DNA of 60,425 bases, counting the filler, from Squatina squatina (Eukaryota): assembly GCA_031763465.1 (NCBI GenBank). It is 4 parts of 3 records of this genome, joined end to end, with 100 filler letters (N's around TTAATTAATTAA, not from the genome) between each part and the next. Parts side by side here need not be neighbours in the genome. Positions count along the whole stretch, not along the records: positions 1 to 15,298 come from JARFOE010000176.1; 3 more parts are not named here. The stretch is one strand, 5' to 3'. Position numbers and translations under genes: made by a program. Shown here piece after piece: positions 1 to 11,998 of the stretch (its first letter is position 1; every line of letters starts with the position of its first letter). The notes under the pieces were generated by a model that saw only the letters and a program-made list of their open reading frames with translations, ran no database searches and was not told the origin of the DNA.

Positions 1-394
1 AGTTCCAACTCGCAGTATGTTCAGAGTTCGTTTTGTCCTTCTGGCAGACGTTTTAATTTTCAAAACCACTTCCTACAAATAATTTGTGATGAGGTGTGCT
101 TTATTTTTGTTTTACTTTTGAATATCTGTTGTATGTATATTTTATTAGGACACAGCCTTGTTGATATGTTTGTAACCAGAAGGCAAGCATCAATGGAATG
201 GCTAGTACTCAATGTGGGTTATATTGTAACAGGATTTATTTCTCCACAAATGTTTTTGCACAAATGTTTTTAAATTGTTTTGTATGAAGAACTTCAAATA
301 CATCCCTGCATTTCATTGTTGGTGTATTTACTGCTACACTAGTGACATGCTGGTTTTAGAATTAGAAGCATTCTTTCTCATTGTAACTCATGGC

Positions 395-550
395 CTGATC
401 ACATAAAATATGGACTTGAAGGTTGAGGGAAAAAAATGAACCTACTGAGTTTAACATACCAGGAAACCCACAGAGTTCAATCCCTGATCTATTCAGAGAT
501 TAGGACAAATATCTTCACATACAGAGTGGTTAGAATGTACAATTCTAGTA
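395..550 (+). mobile_element. Old CR1 LINE 3' fragment
   Basis: GATTAGGACAAATATCTTCACATACAGAGTGGTTAGAATGTACAATTC translates to IRTNIFTYRVVRMYNS, resembling the CR1 ORF2 C-terminal motif RKxFFTQRVVxxWNS. Confidence 0.55.
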
Positions 551-739
551 CTACAAATCCTNNNNNNNNNNNNNNNNNNNNNNNNNNNNNNNNNNNNNNN
601 NNNNNNNNNNNNNNNNNNNNNNNNNNNNNNNNNNNNNNNNNNNNNNNNNNNNNNNNNNNNNAAGGTCTCAAGTAATCATAATTCAGGTGATATTAGAGGC
701 ACTGTATTTATCTGTACTGCTTCCAAGCTCAGGAAAAAC

Positions 740-995
740 ACGCCCAAGCTTCAGCTACTGAACATTATCCACTGACCAGTACTGGAAAATACAGAATGAT
801 GTTGGGTGAGGAGGATCGGACCATTGCAGGCTTGGCTTTGTAGCCCTGCCAAGATCAAATAGTCTGTCAACAATCACAGTTCAGGCTCACACATGAAAGA
901 TGGTCACTTGGGCAAAGTATTAGAGGGCACACAGTGCCCATTGGAACTGTTCCCTGCATGTGTCAGTGCTTTCATGAGTGAAGGGAAGAAAAATA
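740..995 (+). mobile_element. Diverged copy of a recurrent SINE-like interspersed repeat (3' half)
   Basis: Shares GGGTGAGGA(C/G)AGG, GGCTCACACATGAA...CACTTGGGCAA and the GGAACTGT...TCAG..CTTCA.GAG tail with copies at 1735-1890, 13780-14110, 14557-14938 (-) and 46170-46480. Confidence 0.55.
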
Positions 996-1734
996 ATTGC
1001 AAAAAAAGATGCCATGGTGGCACAGGACATTACACACTCTACCTCCAAGTGGTGGGATATGGAATTATACCTGTGACCTACTGCACCACTCATCTCCATT
1101 TGCTGGGATAACAAGGCTTGGTACTTCTGTACATTAGGGAGGGTAAAATCTGAGAGTCATCTCTGTTCACCTCTTAAGGGCAGCATCAGAATTGCATTGG
1201 TGGAGGACTGGGAGCAGGTCTAGTTTCTCGGATTTCATCAGTGCCCAAGTAACACCAACAAGCTAGGGGCAAAGGGAATACAGTTTGTAAAAGAGTGGCT
1301 CATGCCTTACAACAAAAATAAAATTACTTAAAGATTTTGGACCCGTTTTATTTTGAGAGGAATAGTTAATCACTGTCAGCTATAATGAGAAGTTAAATGA
1401 ATTAAAACTATGTTGTTGTGCTCTCTGCAGGTGTTCTGAATTAATGCTGACAGGAATAAATTTAATAAAAATTAAGTTATTCAAATACCTGTCAAAATCA
1501 AGTCACTCAAGCAGCTCTAGTTGCCACATTGATTTCCATCCTGTACTTTGTTATCCCTGTTGAAGGAATGCTGAAATGTTGACTCTGTGCAGGTGCATTG
1601 AAAAGAAACTCTGCTTTATAATGTCAATGAATAAAAAAAGAATGTACTCAGAAAATGTAATAATTCATCTTATGTAAGTTTAATTCAAAGCTTTCAGCTG
1701 ACAAAGGGACCAACCAGTTTGGGAAATCCTAAAA

Positions 1735-1890
1735 TGTGCTGATCGCTGTTCTGAGCTGGGTAGCACAATCTGTCTCACCGTTCCAACTCCTGTTCACTGT
1801 CTAGTGCCCCCTGCTAGAAAGTGTGCATGCTGGGTGAGGACAGGGTGAGGTTCATCTGTGGTGCCTTTCACAGCTAAATTGCCTACCTGG
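1735..1890 (+). mobile_element. Fragment of the same SINE-like repeat
   Basis: CTCCTGTTCACTGTCTAGTGCCCCCTGCTAGAAAGTGTGCATGCTGGGTGAGGACAGG matches the core of the other copies. Confidence 0.5.
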
Positions 1891-2876
1891 GAAATTCTGG
1901 TTAAGTGCCTGTTGCATCACTGTCTAGAAAGGAGGTATTAGTTGGACAGGGTGTTGCACTTTCAGCAGGCAGTAGGGTTCCCTCAAGACCATGACAGTGA
2001 AGATGGCATCTGGGTACCTTTATATTAACTCCATGGGCTGAAATGAACAGATAAGATTAACATTCAAGTAATGTTCAGGTATTATCTGATTGCAGAAACA
2101 CAGCCCAACAGTCCTGTAGTTCAAACCTCTGCTCTCATTCTCCTCTGTGTCAGAATTTCTTGTTAACGAAAACATTTTTCTGCTTCATTTAGGTGCTGTC
2201 CTTCAACTTTCTCTGAAGTATACAGAGGATTACAACTCAGTCCCTCCAATTGTCACTTTCAATACCATTCCATTTCATCCTAATGGTGAGTAACTGCAAA
2301 CACTCTCTTAAAGGATTGGTTTACCTGGGAACAATGTATTCTAAGCAAGAACAGTTCAGACTATGATGATTAACATTTAAAAAAATAACTGGATAGATAT
2401 CTGTTTTGGGAATAGAATTGAGATAGATGAAGACTGAGGTGATTAAATACTCCATAGGACACATTGGAGCCTGTGTTGCTGCGAGGAGGAGGGAACGCTG
2501 TCCATTGAGAGCAGTAGGCTATTGTGAAGATGCAATGATAGATGACTGTTCTGGAGTTTTTGCCTCCATTAGAGATCAGGGAGTATTTATACAGAGCATA
2601 CTTAGAGATTAAATGGATGTGGTGCAGTCCATGACTGGGAAGAAATGGGTTTGACTGCCAGATGGCCTGTGCTTTCTTATGTCCTTATTCAGGTTAAAAT
2701 CAGTCATCAGTTACTTGATAATTAAATCTGCTTATTTTGTTCTGCTTATCTTTTGCTCACAGTGGANNNNNNNNNNNNNNNNNNNNNNNNNNNNNNNNNN
2801 NNNNNNNNNNNNNNNNNNNNNNNNNNNNNNNNNNNNNNNNNNNNNNNNNNNNNNNNNNNNNNNNNNGGCGACCTGG

Positions 2877-3663
2877 GGGGCCCAATGGGGCGGCGCCGAA
2901 ACTGGCTGCAGTGGTCGGGGCACCCCTCACCGTGGGGGCACCGCGTCGGCAGCAAGGGTCAGTTCTGCAGCATTGGGGACTTAATCACCATTCCGGGTCA
3001 GCGCAGCGTGGCAATGCTAAACAAGCATTGCTCCGGCGCTGACCCGGCCAATGCAGTGTCAGTGCTGGGTTGCGCCAGCAGCATGACTCGCACCATGCTG
3101 CCGTGGCAACCATGCATGCGCAAGCCGCAGCCCTCCCCCTGCCTTAAACAGAAGGGCTGTAGGCTTTTGCCATGGAGGAGATTCCAGCACCGCTGGAATA
3201 CCAGGGACCAGGGTGTGGGCGCAGAAAATTGCCAACTGTGGGCAGGGGCCATTCGGGGCAATCGGCCGTCAAACATCGGCCGACAATGAAGTCGGCCGAT
3301 GCAGAAACATGGCGTCCAGCGGCGCAATCCCTGCGCCTTTAACCCGCCTTGGCAACAACAGGTGAAACCTATCATTGCCAACACCTGGGGCCTCGCCGGT
3401 GAGTCGCCCTCCAACTCCGGAGGCAGATTGCCAGCGATGCTGAGGGGGGTCGGAGGCCGCTGTAGAGAGTTCAATGCCCGACTTGATGAGGGTGTGCGCC
3501 TGACCCCGGCGCCAACGCCGTCCCTGGCGACAAGACCTCAGCGCCACCTGGGCGCCAGACCCAATTGGTCAAATGCAAAATATTTTGCTGTACGCTGCTT
3601 TCGTGCCCGGATAGCGCCGCTGTTTGGCGCTAACCAGGTGTGACAGCAGACCACTTGGGCCCC
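2877..3663. mobile_element. Non-autonomous PIF/Harbinger-like element (MITE), GC/CpG-rich, about 790 bp
   Basis: Terminal inverted repeats GGGGCCCAA (2877) and TTGGGCCCC (3655-3663), right end followed by TTA. Subterminal TAGCGCC/GGCGCTA inverted motif. Homologous copy in opposite orientation at about 9490-9964. Confidence 0.7.
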
Positions 3664-5460
3664 TTATGACTTTGCTGCACTGCTATTAACTGGTCTCATG
3701 GGCAGAGCCCAAGCCAGCAGAGAAAGGAGAATTTTGCCCCAGCAATTTAGATTGGGTTGGAAGTTGGAACCTCAATTCCAAAGGTGACAGGATGATGTTT
3801 AATTAGTTCTACAGTTTGTTTTTGAAACACTTAATTATGGGAAGCCTGATTCAGAGTTGTCCTATAACCTCCAACTAGGTGATGTTGTCCAACCCAGTGC
3901 TGGAAAATGTGGTCAATGTGGAGGCCGTTGAGATGTTGAGGGAGAACCCGTCACGCTATCGAGAAATGGTTTTGGAATGTGTCAGAGCCAGCAAACAACT
4001 TAAAGAAAGTAAGATCTTTGGTGTTATAACACACTGAAATATTCATATAGTGAAAATGTAAAGCATGTAACTGCCTGGCTGCCGGGTTTTTATATATTCT
4101 AAAAGCGCACAGGGCTGAGTCAAGGGAAGAACGATAATTTTTGAATTTAGGACTTTTTTCTTTAAACTCAGTGCAGCTCAGTGGCCCAGTTGATAAGTGA
4201 ATTGTTTGGTGTGAAACTAAGTGGTGTGAGATCATTTGCAGTAAATAGTCTCATATCCCTTGTGCTGGTCATCGGGTGTAGACTAATTCCTTTGTTGTTG
4301 AGCCCAGCGGAAGGTACAACTGATGTTGTAGCTCAGGCTTCCCAGCTATCCATTGGAACCTACAGTTACAGGTCTGGCACTGGATAATGTATTACAATCA
4401 ACACACTTAATTCAATCAAAGTACTGGCTGTAGGCTTTAATCGATGCCTTATAGATAGTTCAGGAAACCCTTTCCCAATATTTTAAATCTATCCCACAAA
4501 CTGGGAGTTTTTGTAGACTCCAGAAATCTGTCACACAGCATGTGGTTACTGGGTCTCACAAGACCATTGGCAAACTTATCGATATCCAGAAACCTGGCTC
4601 CAACAACTCTTGTTAGCAAAAAAATACAGTGAATTAGTGCTTCTTCTGTCATGTTTCTCCTTTCCATCACTGTCTGGTAACATTTGCAAATTCATTTTAT
4701 AACTGCACAATGAGTGGAAAAATAGATTGTATTTAATCTTGTCTAAAACTCGTTAACTTGACTGAAATTGAACACCAACACTGAAGCTTTTGCCTGGATA
4801 GTTGATATCAAAGAAACCTGTGCCCTTTCTAAATTGTGGTGTTTATACGAAATTAGGATATTAAAACATTATGACAGTGCTGACCACTTCTGTGCTAAAA
4901 TAGGCTTAATTATCATTAATAGTCAGCTTGGCTGGCTAAAGATGCTGGAGGATTATGTTTATGGATATTCATCACCTGAATTACAAAATGGTTGTTATGC
5001 ACAATTGATCAAAGTGGAGCGATAAATCAAATATTTTTTTCATTACTGACTGCAATATATTTTTTGTAACTGTTCTCAATTTATTATCAGCAGGTATTTT
5101 ACAATTTGGCAACATTAAAGTTAAATACACACTACAGTTATAGCATGATATAGCAAAATTACCATCAGTTTGTTATCAAATTCACTACTGAATTGCAATA
5201 AAATTACATGTTAGAGTATTTTAAAGTATAAAATTCATCGAAAGTAGTCACAGTGGATGATCTGCTGATAGCATAAACTTGAGTAGATGTGCTCATCACT
5301 GGTGATTGACTATATCTGACACAAACAGTGAAGTCAACATACCAGTCTTCTCTGAGTGGAGAAAAAGGATTTTGTTTTTTATGTAATGTGCTTCTAACCT
5401 CTTAAAGAAATCTTCAGATTGCTAACATTCATACATATATGCAAAGCAAGTAGAGACAAA

Positions 5461-6020
5461 GGGGTCCCAATTGGTCTGATGAATCCGTGTGAGATGGGTG
5501 CAAACATGGCACGAGGCCCTTTGTGCCTGCTGGCAATGCTACCTGAGTCATTTGGGGAATTGGGCTTGGTTTTTCATAACCTCAAAAGAGATTTGGGCCA
5601 CATTTCGCTGGGGGCGTGAGGAGCAGCGGTGTACGAAGATGATGATGTCATTACCGAGCACAGCGCCGAGTGTGCGCTAACGACCTCGAATTCATCAGCG
5701 CCTCCGATGCAAAACGAGGGTGCTGGCACCGCTGGGAAATTGTGGCACTGCCATGGCCGGTAGCAAGCAGTGTCTCTGGTATTTAAAGGGCACATCATGG
5801 GCGCCATTTTGTATTGCCAATTACCTTGTAGTCAGGGCCCGATACTGCGTTAGGAAGGTTTGTTTGGATTTAAGCCAATGGGATATTGAGCAGGTCATGG
5901 AGGAGTTGCAACCATGGGTGCTGTTCTGCCCATTGACTGGCTGCTGCAGCAGCACCACGTCCGGTATCTGAGAGGCGTCGGCAGCAATGGAGGGACATGA
6001 GATGACTGCAGAATGCTGCA
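5461..6020 (+). mobile_element. PIF/Harbinger left arm with start of a decayed transposase gene
   Basis: Terminus GGGGTCCCAATTGGTC at 5461; TATTTAAAGGGC...CCATTTTG module at 5780-5811; ATG at 5914 reads MGAVLPIDWLLQQHHVRYLR, homologous to MGAALAVDWELRQHHLRYLR at 7032. Confidence 0.7.
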
Positions 6021-6120
6021 NNNNNNNNNNNNNNNNNNNNNNNNNNNNNNNNNNNNNNNNNNNNNNNNNNNNNNNNNNNNNNNNNNNNNNNNNNNNNNNN
6101 NNNNNNNNNNNNNNNNNNNN

Positions 6121-6227
6121 TAGACGAATTTCACGCCAATGAGCTTAACGCTATAAGTTGGCATTAAGCACTTTGCACCCATTTAACGCCATTTTAACGC
6201 TTAAATAAAACCATGAATTGGGCGCCC
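6121..6227. mobile_element. PIF/Harbinger right terminus
   Basis: Ends GAATTGGGCGCCC followed by TAA; multiple TAACGC motifs subterminally. A gap separates it from the 5461 arm, so it may be a different copy. Confidence 0.7.
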
Positions 6228-6575
6228 TAAATATCTCCTTTTGTAGATATTGTAAGGACCTTTTAAATAAGGAAACAGTGGTAAGTTTCCTTACGAAGAG
6301 GGTATTAAATCAGTGACTATCTGTGAATGAATTTCATTGGGATGCTCTGGTTTACAGCCAACACCCACTTAGAAAAACTAATTAGTATAGAAAAGGGGTG
6401 ATGAGTTTACAAGAATATGGTAATGCTACATAATGTCACACGATTGGATTTTAAATAAGCCTTCTCTGAAGTTAGGAATAAACACATCTCTATATAAAAC
6501 AAGTGGTGCTGTGAAATAATAATATAACCTCCCAGTCTCTGTCTGACAGGGGAAAAAGTGCTGAGGAGAGACTAA

Positions 6576-7331
6576 GGGCGGCCAATTCGTCCCTTTTTTT
6601 GGGCGTTAAACTAGCGTTAAATTGGCCTTAACAGCCTAACGCCGATTTGGGGCGCGAAATGTACCGATGGGAAATTTGTCTCCCATTAACGCTGGCGCTA
6701 AATGGGCGTTACACCCCTTGCGCTGGCTAGATGCCGTCAATGAGCAGGCGCAATGCCCAAAATGGCCGCCCACTGACAAATTCAATGAGGCTGCTGAACC
6801 TTAAAAATTGCATTGTCAACGCCCATTTTTTTGGGCGTTGACACCTTCAATCTTATGTTGTGTAGTGCTATTTAAAGGGCTGGGAGTGGGCTCCATTTTG
6901 AGTTTGTATCTTGGCTCGCTGACGCTGATATCGTCGGTTTTGTCACCCTTCGGTTTACATAGAGACTCTGCAAGCTTTGATTTGGCGTTTCATCACAATT
7001 TTTGACACTCAAAAAATCGGAGCCACTTGCCATGGGTGCTGCACTAGCGGTGGATTGGGAACTCCGCCAACATCACTTGAGGTACCTCAGGCACAGAAGA
7101 CATCTTAGAAACCAGCAGAGAGCCAGGAAGGAACAAGCAAATAAGGCTAGGGGTGAGACAGCAGCAGCTCCTGAGGATCAGCATGCCCAACAACCACCTG
7201 ACATGCCAGAGCCACCTGCATCACTCGTGGCATAGCCCAGACCACTACAGCGCCGAGGTATGCCCACAGAGTATATAGATGCCACTTCAGCTACCTCCAC
7301 ATGACCGATGAACAATGCCTTCGTAGACTGT
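6576..7331 (+). mobile_element. PIF/Harbinger left arm with 5' part of a HARBI1-like transposase pseudogene
   Basis: TAA then GGGCGGCCAATTCG terminus. ATG 7032 ORF stops at 7235, then a shifted frame reads RYAHRVYRCHFSYLHMTDEQCLRRL (about 7256-7330), typical of the Harbinger transposase N-terminal region. Runs into a gap. Confidence 0.8.
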
Positions 7332-8514
7332 NNNNNNNNNNNNNNNNNNNNNNNNNNNNNNNNNNNNNNNNNNNNNNNNNNNNNNNNNNNNNNNNNNNNN
7401 NNNNNNNNNNNNNNNNNNNNNNNNNNNNNNNGGTCTGCATTGGTTTCATCGTCTTTACAGCACTTTGTTGTTTCACTGCTCTACAACTTTTGCTGCTCTT
7501 TCAGCTTTACAAGCCTAACTTCAATGTCGGCATTTTATCAAACTGACAACCCTGCCTCCACTCAGAGTAGAATTCACCAGCCTAACTTGGTAATGGCCTC
7601 TGCTGAGTTGAAATGAATAAATTTGTGAAGTACAATGTGTGTGAATAATCACTGGAATATTCAACTATTTATCAGGACACCCCTTCTGAAATCTAAACTG
7701 CACCTGAAAGCCCTGTTGTCTTCTGAATTTAATTCCTCGAGTGATAAATTTAGTTCAATAGCAGCATTTTTAAGAGTATTACACCATGCTGGCATAGTCT
7801 GAAATTCCAAAACCTGATAGTCACACTGGTGTAGTAGGAATGAAGTTGGGGTCAATGAACTTTGCTGAGGTAACGTAGACTGAGTGTTATTATGCATAAC
7901 CTGTGATATCCTTGGAATGGAACTATTTGATGGGTCAGAGAGTTTTACTCTGTACCTGTCCCATGCTAGACCCTACCTTAAGCCCTGCGCGCTGGAAGAT
8001 AGCGTGTGCCTGTGGAATTGTAGCCTAACAAGGATCACTACCTTCAGGAGAGATGGGGATCAAAATAGAAGTGTTGCGGTGATTAACAAAATACTTACAA
8101 ACTATATGGCTAAAGCCACCTCCCTGATTCGAGAGCAGCAGTGCTGAAAATTAGAGGCATCAGCTATCGGAACATGCCTTCCAAATACTTCATTGGGAGT
8201 AGCTGTGGATGGTTTGTGAATAAAATAAAGCTTTCATCAGGCCGGTGAGAGTTACAGTTCTGTCATAGCCTGTAGCAATGTGCTACAACACTGAACTAAT
8301 GATTCCTTTCACTCGGCTTTCTGACAGATTTTGTGAATTCTGTAATTATTTCAACTTGTCACTGGATAGACAAGAAATAAGCCAGGCAGTCAGGTAAATG
8401 GGTGATAATGCTACATAACATATGCTGAATATGGATATAAAACAGTGAATAAATAACAAGCAAGAAATATGAGTCCCTCCTCAAGCAAGCCAAATATTCT
8501 GTATTCAATATATA

Positions 8515-8630
8515 AAAAGGAAAGACTTGCATTGATATAACATCTTATCATATCTCTTAATAATGTTTCAAAACCTTCACCTGCAAGAATTACTTTGAAG
8601 TACAGAGTGTAGTCACTGTTGTTATGTATT
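8515..8630 (-). mobile_element. SINE/L2-type 3' tail fragment
   Basis: Reverse complement carries ACAACAGTGACTACA...CTTCAAAGTAATTC and ends TATATCAATGCAAGTCTTTCCTTTT, like the tail at 53545-53651. Confidence 0.5.
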
Positions 8631-9489
8631 AAGTTTTTCACCAATGAACTACCAATGAGATGAATAACCAGTTGATTAACACAAAGACACATAATATGAA
8701 TTTGATGTAAGGTGCCATTTTATAATATGTTTCGTGCTTTTCAAATTGAAGGATCTCACTGTTGAGAAGAGCAATAATTTTCCTCTTTGGGCACCTAGGG
8801 GGTGAAATTTATGGCTTCTTTGTGCCCAATCCATGCCCGCTGGAGGCGCTCCCGGGGCGCAAAGGGCTTTTATGGTGGTGCAGGGCTTGCTGAGTGGGAC
8901 ATTCATGTCCTGGTTTGTGGAGGTGCCCAGAGGAGGTGCCTCCNNNNNNNNNNNNNNNNNNNNNNNNNNNNNNNNNNNNNNNNNNNNNNNNNNNNNNNNN
9001 NNNNNNNNNNNNNNNNNNNNNNNNNNNNNNNNNNNNNNNNNNNAAGGAAAAAAAGTTCCTTCAACTTACATATTTTATTTCCTTCAAATGAAACAACTGT
9101 TTAAATAATGCGTGCATGATAGTCATTAGACCAGTTGTCTAAAACATGTGCTCTGGGCTCCCATAATGTCTGAACACTCCCCATGTCAATCTACTACCCA
9201 TCTGCATCTTTCACAGCACAGCTAAGAGGATGGTTGACCCATAGGAAGAGGAGTCTCAAAGAAAAATGGGTTAACCATCCCACCTGCAAGTGAAGAAACA
9301 CCACAGAAAACTTAAATATCATCCCCAAGTCTATACCATTAGGACAAGGGTTGACAAGAGACTCTTGGAAAATGGTGGAGCTAAGATGCTTCCAGAATAA
9401 CTAAGAACTAAGGAGTGTATATAGAATTAGAGGCTGCTATTCAGAGCTGGTAACAAGTTACAGCAAATGCAATTTGAAACTTGTGTCTT

Positions 9490-9964
9490 CCTGGTCGTGG
9501 CCTGCGCCGTTGGCCGGCATCTTTTCTCATCAGCCGACGTTATTGTCGGCCAATGAGTGGCAGCCAGTCAAGCCAGAAGCAACCCCTCCCCTCCGTATGC
9601 CGGCACGCTCTCTGGGATGCCAGCACCCTAAGAAAATGTTTTATACTTACCTGCTGGCCCCGTGGGCTGTCAATCTGCTTCTGTCACGCAAGCCTGCGGC
9701 CCTTGCCCCTAAGGCAGGGGGTGGGACCACGACTCGCGCACGTGCAGTTGAGCCAGCAGCATAACTTGCACCACACTGCTGGCACAACCCAGTATTGGTC
9801 GGGTCACCGCCGGGTCAGAACCAGCGTTGCCACGTTATGCTGGCCCGAAACGGCTCCAAAGAGGCCAATGCTGTGAAGATGTGCCCCGCTGCTAGCGGGG
9901 CGCACTCTGGGCTAAAGGGCCTCCAATGCAGCACCCGATTTAGACAAAGTCCAACTGGGCGCCC
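9490..9964 (-). mobile_element. Partial Harbinger-like MITE, same family as 2877-3663, opposite orientation
   Basis: Reverse complement of about 9504-9555 (CATTGGCCGACAATAACGTCGGCTGATGAGAAAAGATGCCGGCCAACGGCGC) aligns to 3274-3325. Ends CCAACTGGGCGCCC. Confidence 0.7.
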
Positions 9965-10289
9965 AATCACTGGCTTGGTGTCAATTTTTGTCTGATTACA
10001 CTTCTGTGACACACCTTGGGACAGTTTCCGACATTAAAGCCACTATATAAATGCAAGTTATTTTTTATTGTTTTTGCAACCCTCAAAGTTGTACCAACCA
10101 GATGGTCGTCCTGTCGCTTTTTAAAGCTGTTAACAGAGAATTAGCTACTTTAGCTGAAAGCCCATTACATTCCTACTCTGGGAAAAATATTTGTTTTGTA
10201 ATCTCAAGTTGCGATTGAGGCTTTTTAATCTTTTGCTGCTGTTCTCGAGTTCTCTTACATTCTAAAGTGAACCTGTCATGTGCCCTTAC

Positions 10290-10786
10290 CACTAGGGTCA
10301 CATCTTGGGTGCCCACCACTCCATAGAGACTGAAAACACTGGTGTTTCTTGCCATTTTGGGGAGTGGAGGGTGCCCAGTTCTGCACTCCCCCCAGAAAGA
10401 GAATTTTGTGGCCCCTTTGGCCCTCCTTTGCTAAGCAGCCCATAACGTCAGTAATTTAAAAAAGTTATTCACTTTGTCTTCCCTGGCCTGGACCCTCTTG
10501 TGCCTCTTGGTAAGCCAGTACATCTCATCTCACTGGGCTCCAAAGTTACACTGAGCTCCTTTGAGGCTAAAGAAGCAGAAACTCCAAGCGTATTGAGTTC
10601 TTGCCCTCGGCCCCCTCCCCACTGCATCAGTGGCCTTATTTGGGTCGGCTGAAGGTTCCTAAGCAAGGCCATTGAAAACTCAACGACAGTTCAGGGACCA
10701 ACATTTTTGGACCCTTTTGTTGTTTGTAGCTGTTCCAATGGTGTTATGGTAGGAGTCCATTGGAACAGCTGAGCAATTTCAGGGCC
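10290..10786. mobile_element. Probable MITE (right end clear, left end uncertain)
   Basis: Ends GCAATTTCAGGGCC followed by TAA; perfect 14-bp subterminal inverted repeat at 10728-10770. Confidence 0.45.
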
Positions 10787-10799
10787 TAATAAAGTACAA

Positions 10800-11430
10800 T
10801 TAATGACTACAATAAGCTGGAAGTTCTAGACAGACTGAAAGGACTTAAAACAAATAAATCCTGAGTACCAAGAGAGTGATAGAGCATGAGATTATGAGGC
10901 ATTGACAGTTTTATGAGCGAGTCAGTGAACAATGGGGACCTTTCAGTAGATTGGGAACAGGCCAACATTATGACATTTTTAGAATGGATGGCAAAACAGG
11001 TCCAGGCAACTATAGACCCATTAATTTTTCATCAATACCGGATAAAATAATGATTTGTTACCCGGAGTAAACTACAGAATTATTTGTATGATAGTAACCT
11101 AGTTAATAGCATCTAAGGTGGAATTAGGAGGGAAAAGATCTTTCCTGATCAATATTTTTGACTTTTATAAGGAGGTCACACCCCAAGTGGACTATGGAAA
11201 ATTCCATACTGTTTTACACTGAAGTTTACTAGTTAAGCTTAAAGTGGTGGGGATTCTAGGTTAAGCCTAAGAATATATTAAAAAATTAACTGAAAGGTAC
11301 AAAGCAATGGACATTTATTAGGGGAGTAATGTCATAGTGCGGCAAGTGGAATTTAGGATATGTTTTGGGATCCCTGCTGCCTTTAACTTAAACATACTTG
11401 GATTCAGAAATTCTTTCACTGGATGATGGC
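10800..11430 (+). mobile_element. Degenerate CR1 ORF2 reverse-transcriptase fragment
   Basis: CCAGGCAACTATAGACCCATTAATTTTTCATCAATACCGGATAAAATAATG = PGNYRPINFSSIPDKIM, matching the CR1 PGNYRPVSLTSVPGKIM motif; many stops and frameshifts. Confidence 0.75.
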
Positions 11431-11998
11431 AAAATTGCAGCTATTGTTTCAACACCGCAAAACGTTTACTGCACAAGTAACAATTTGCAAATTTCACATT
11501 TTGTAATTTGAATGTAGAGAAAAGCCATTTGTATTGTATTTAGAATACAGAAAAGTGCATTAGACTGCAATACAGTTGTTAAATCAGCAACAGATATTTG
11601 GTCAATATGTGAGACAAAAATAAAATTTAAAAAGGAAAGGAAAAATTTGTTTCAATAATCCGCACTAACCAACTGCAATCCCAGTCACATTTTAGATAAT
11701 GAATCCAAAATAAGCACAAACTTAATTTAAAATCCAACACATCAATAATATGAATCAACTCAACCTTTCCAGGAATGAATCAGAACCCATAATCCAAAAA
11801 TTAGATTGCCATCCATTCATAGAGTTATTAGATATTCAGACTATGACTACCAATTTCTTTGAGCTATGTATTTTCATTGTTGCTGGCATATCGTGGCANN
11901 NNNNNNNNNNNNNNNNNNNNNNNNNNNNNNNNNNNNNNNNNNNNNNNNNNNNNNNNNNNNNNNNNNNNNNNNNNNNNNNNNNNNNNNNNNNNNNNNNN

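Noticed and set aside
2753-3643. Overlapping 90-180 aa ORFs on both strands
   Set aside because: Explained by the high GC content of a MITE; no recognisable domain.
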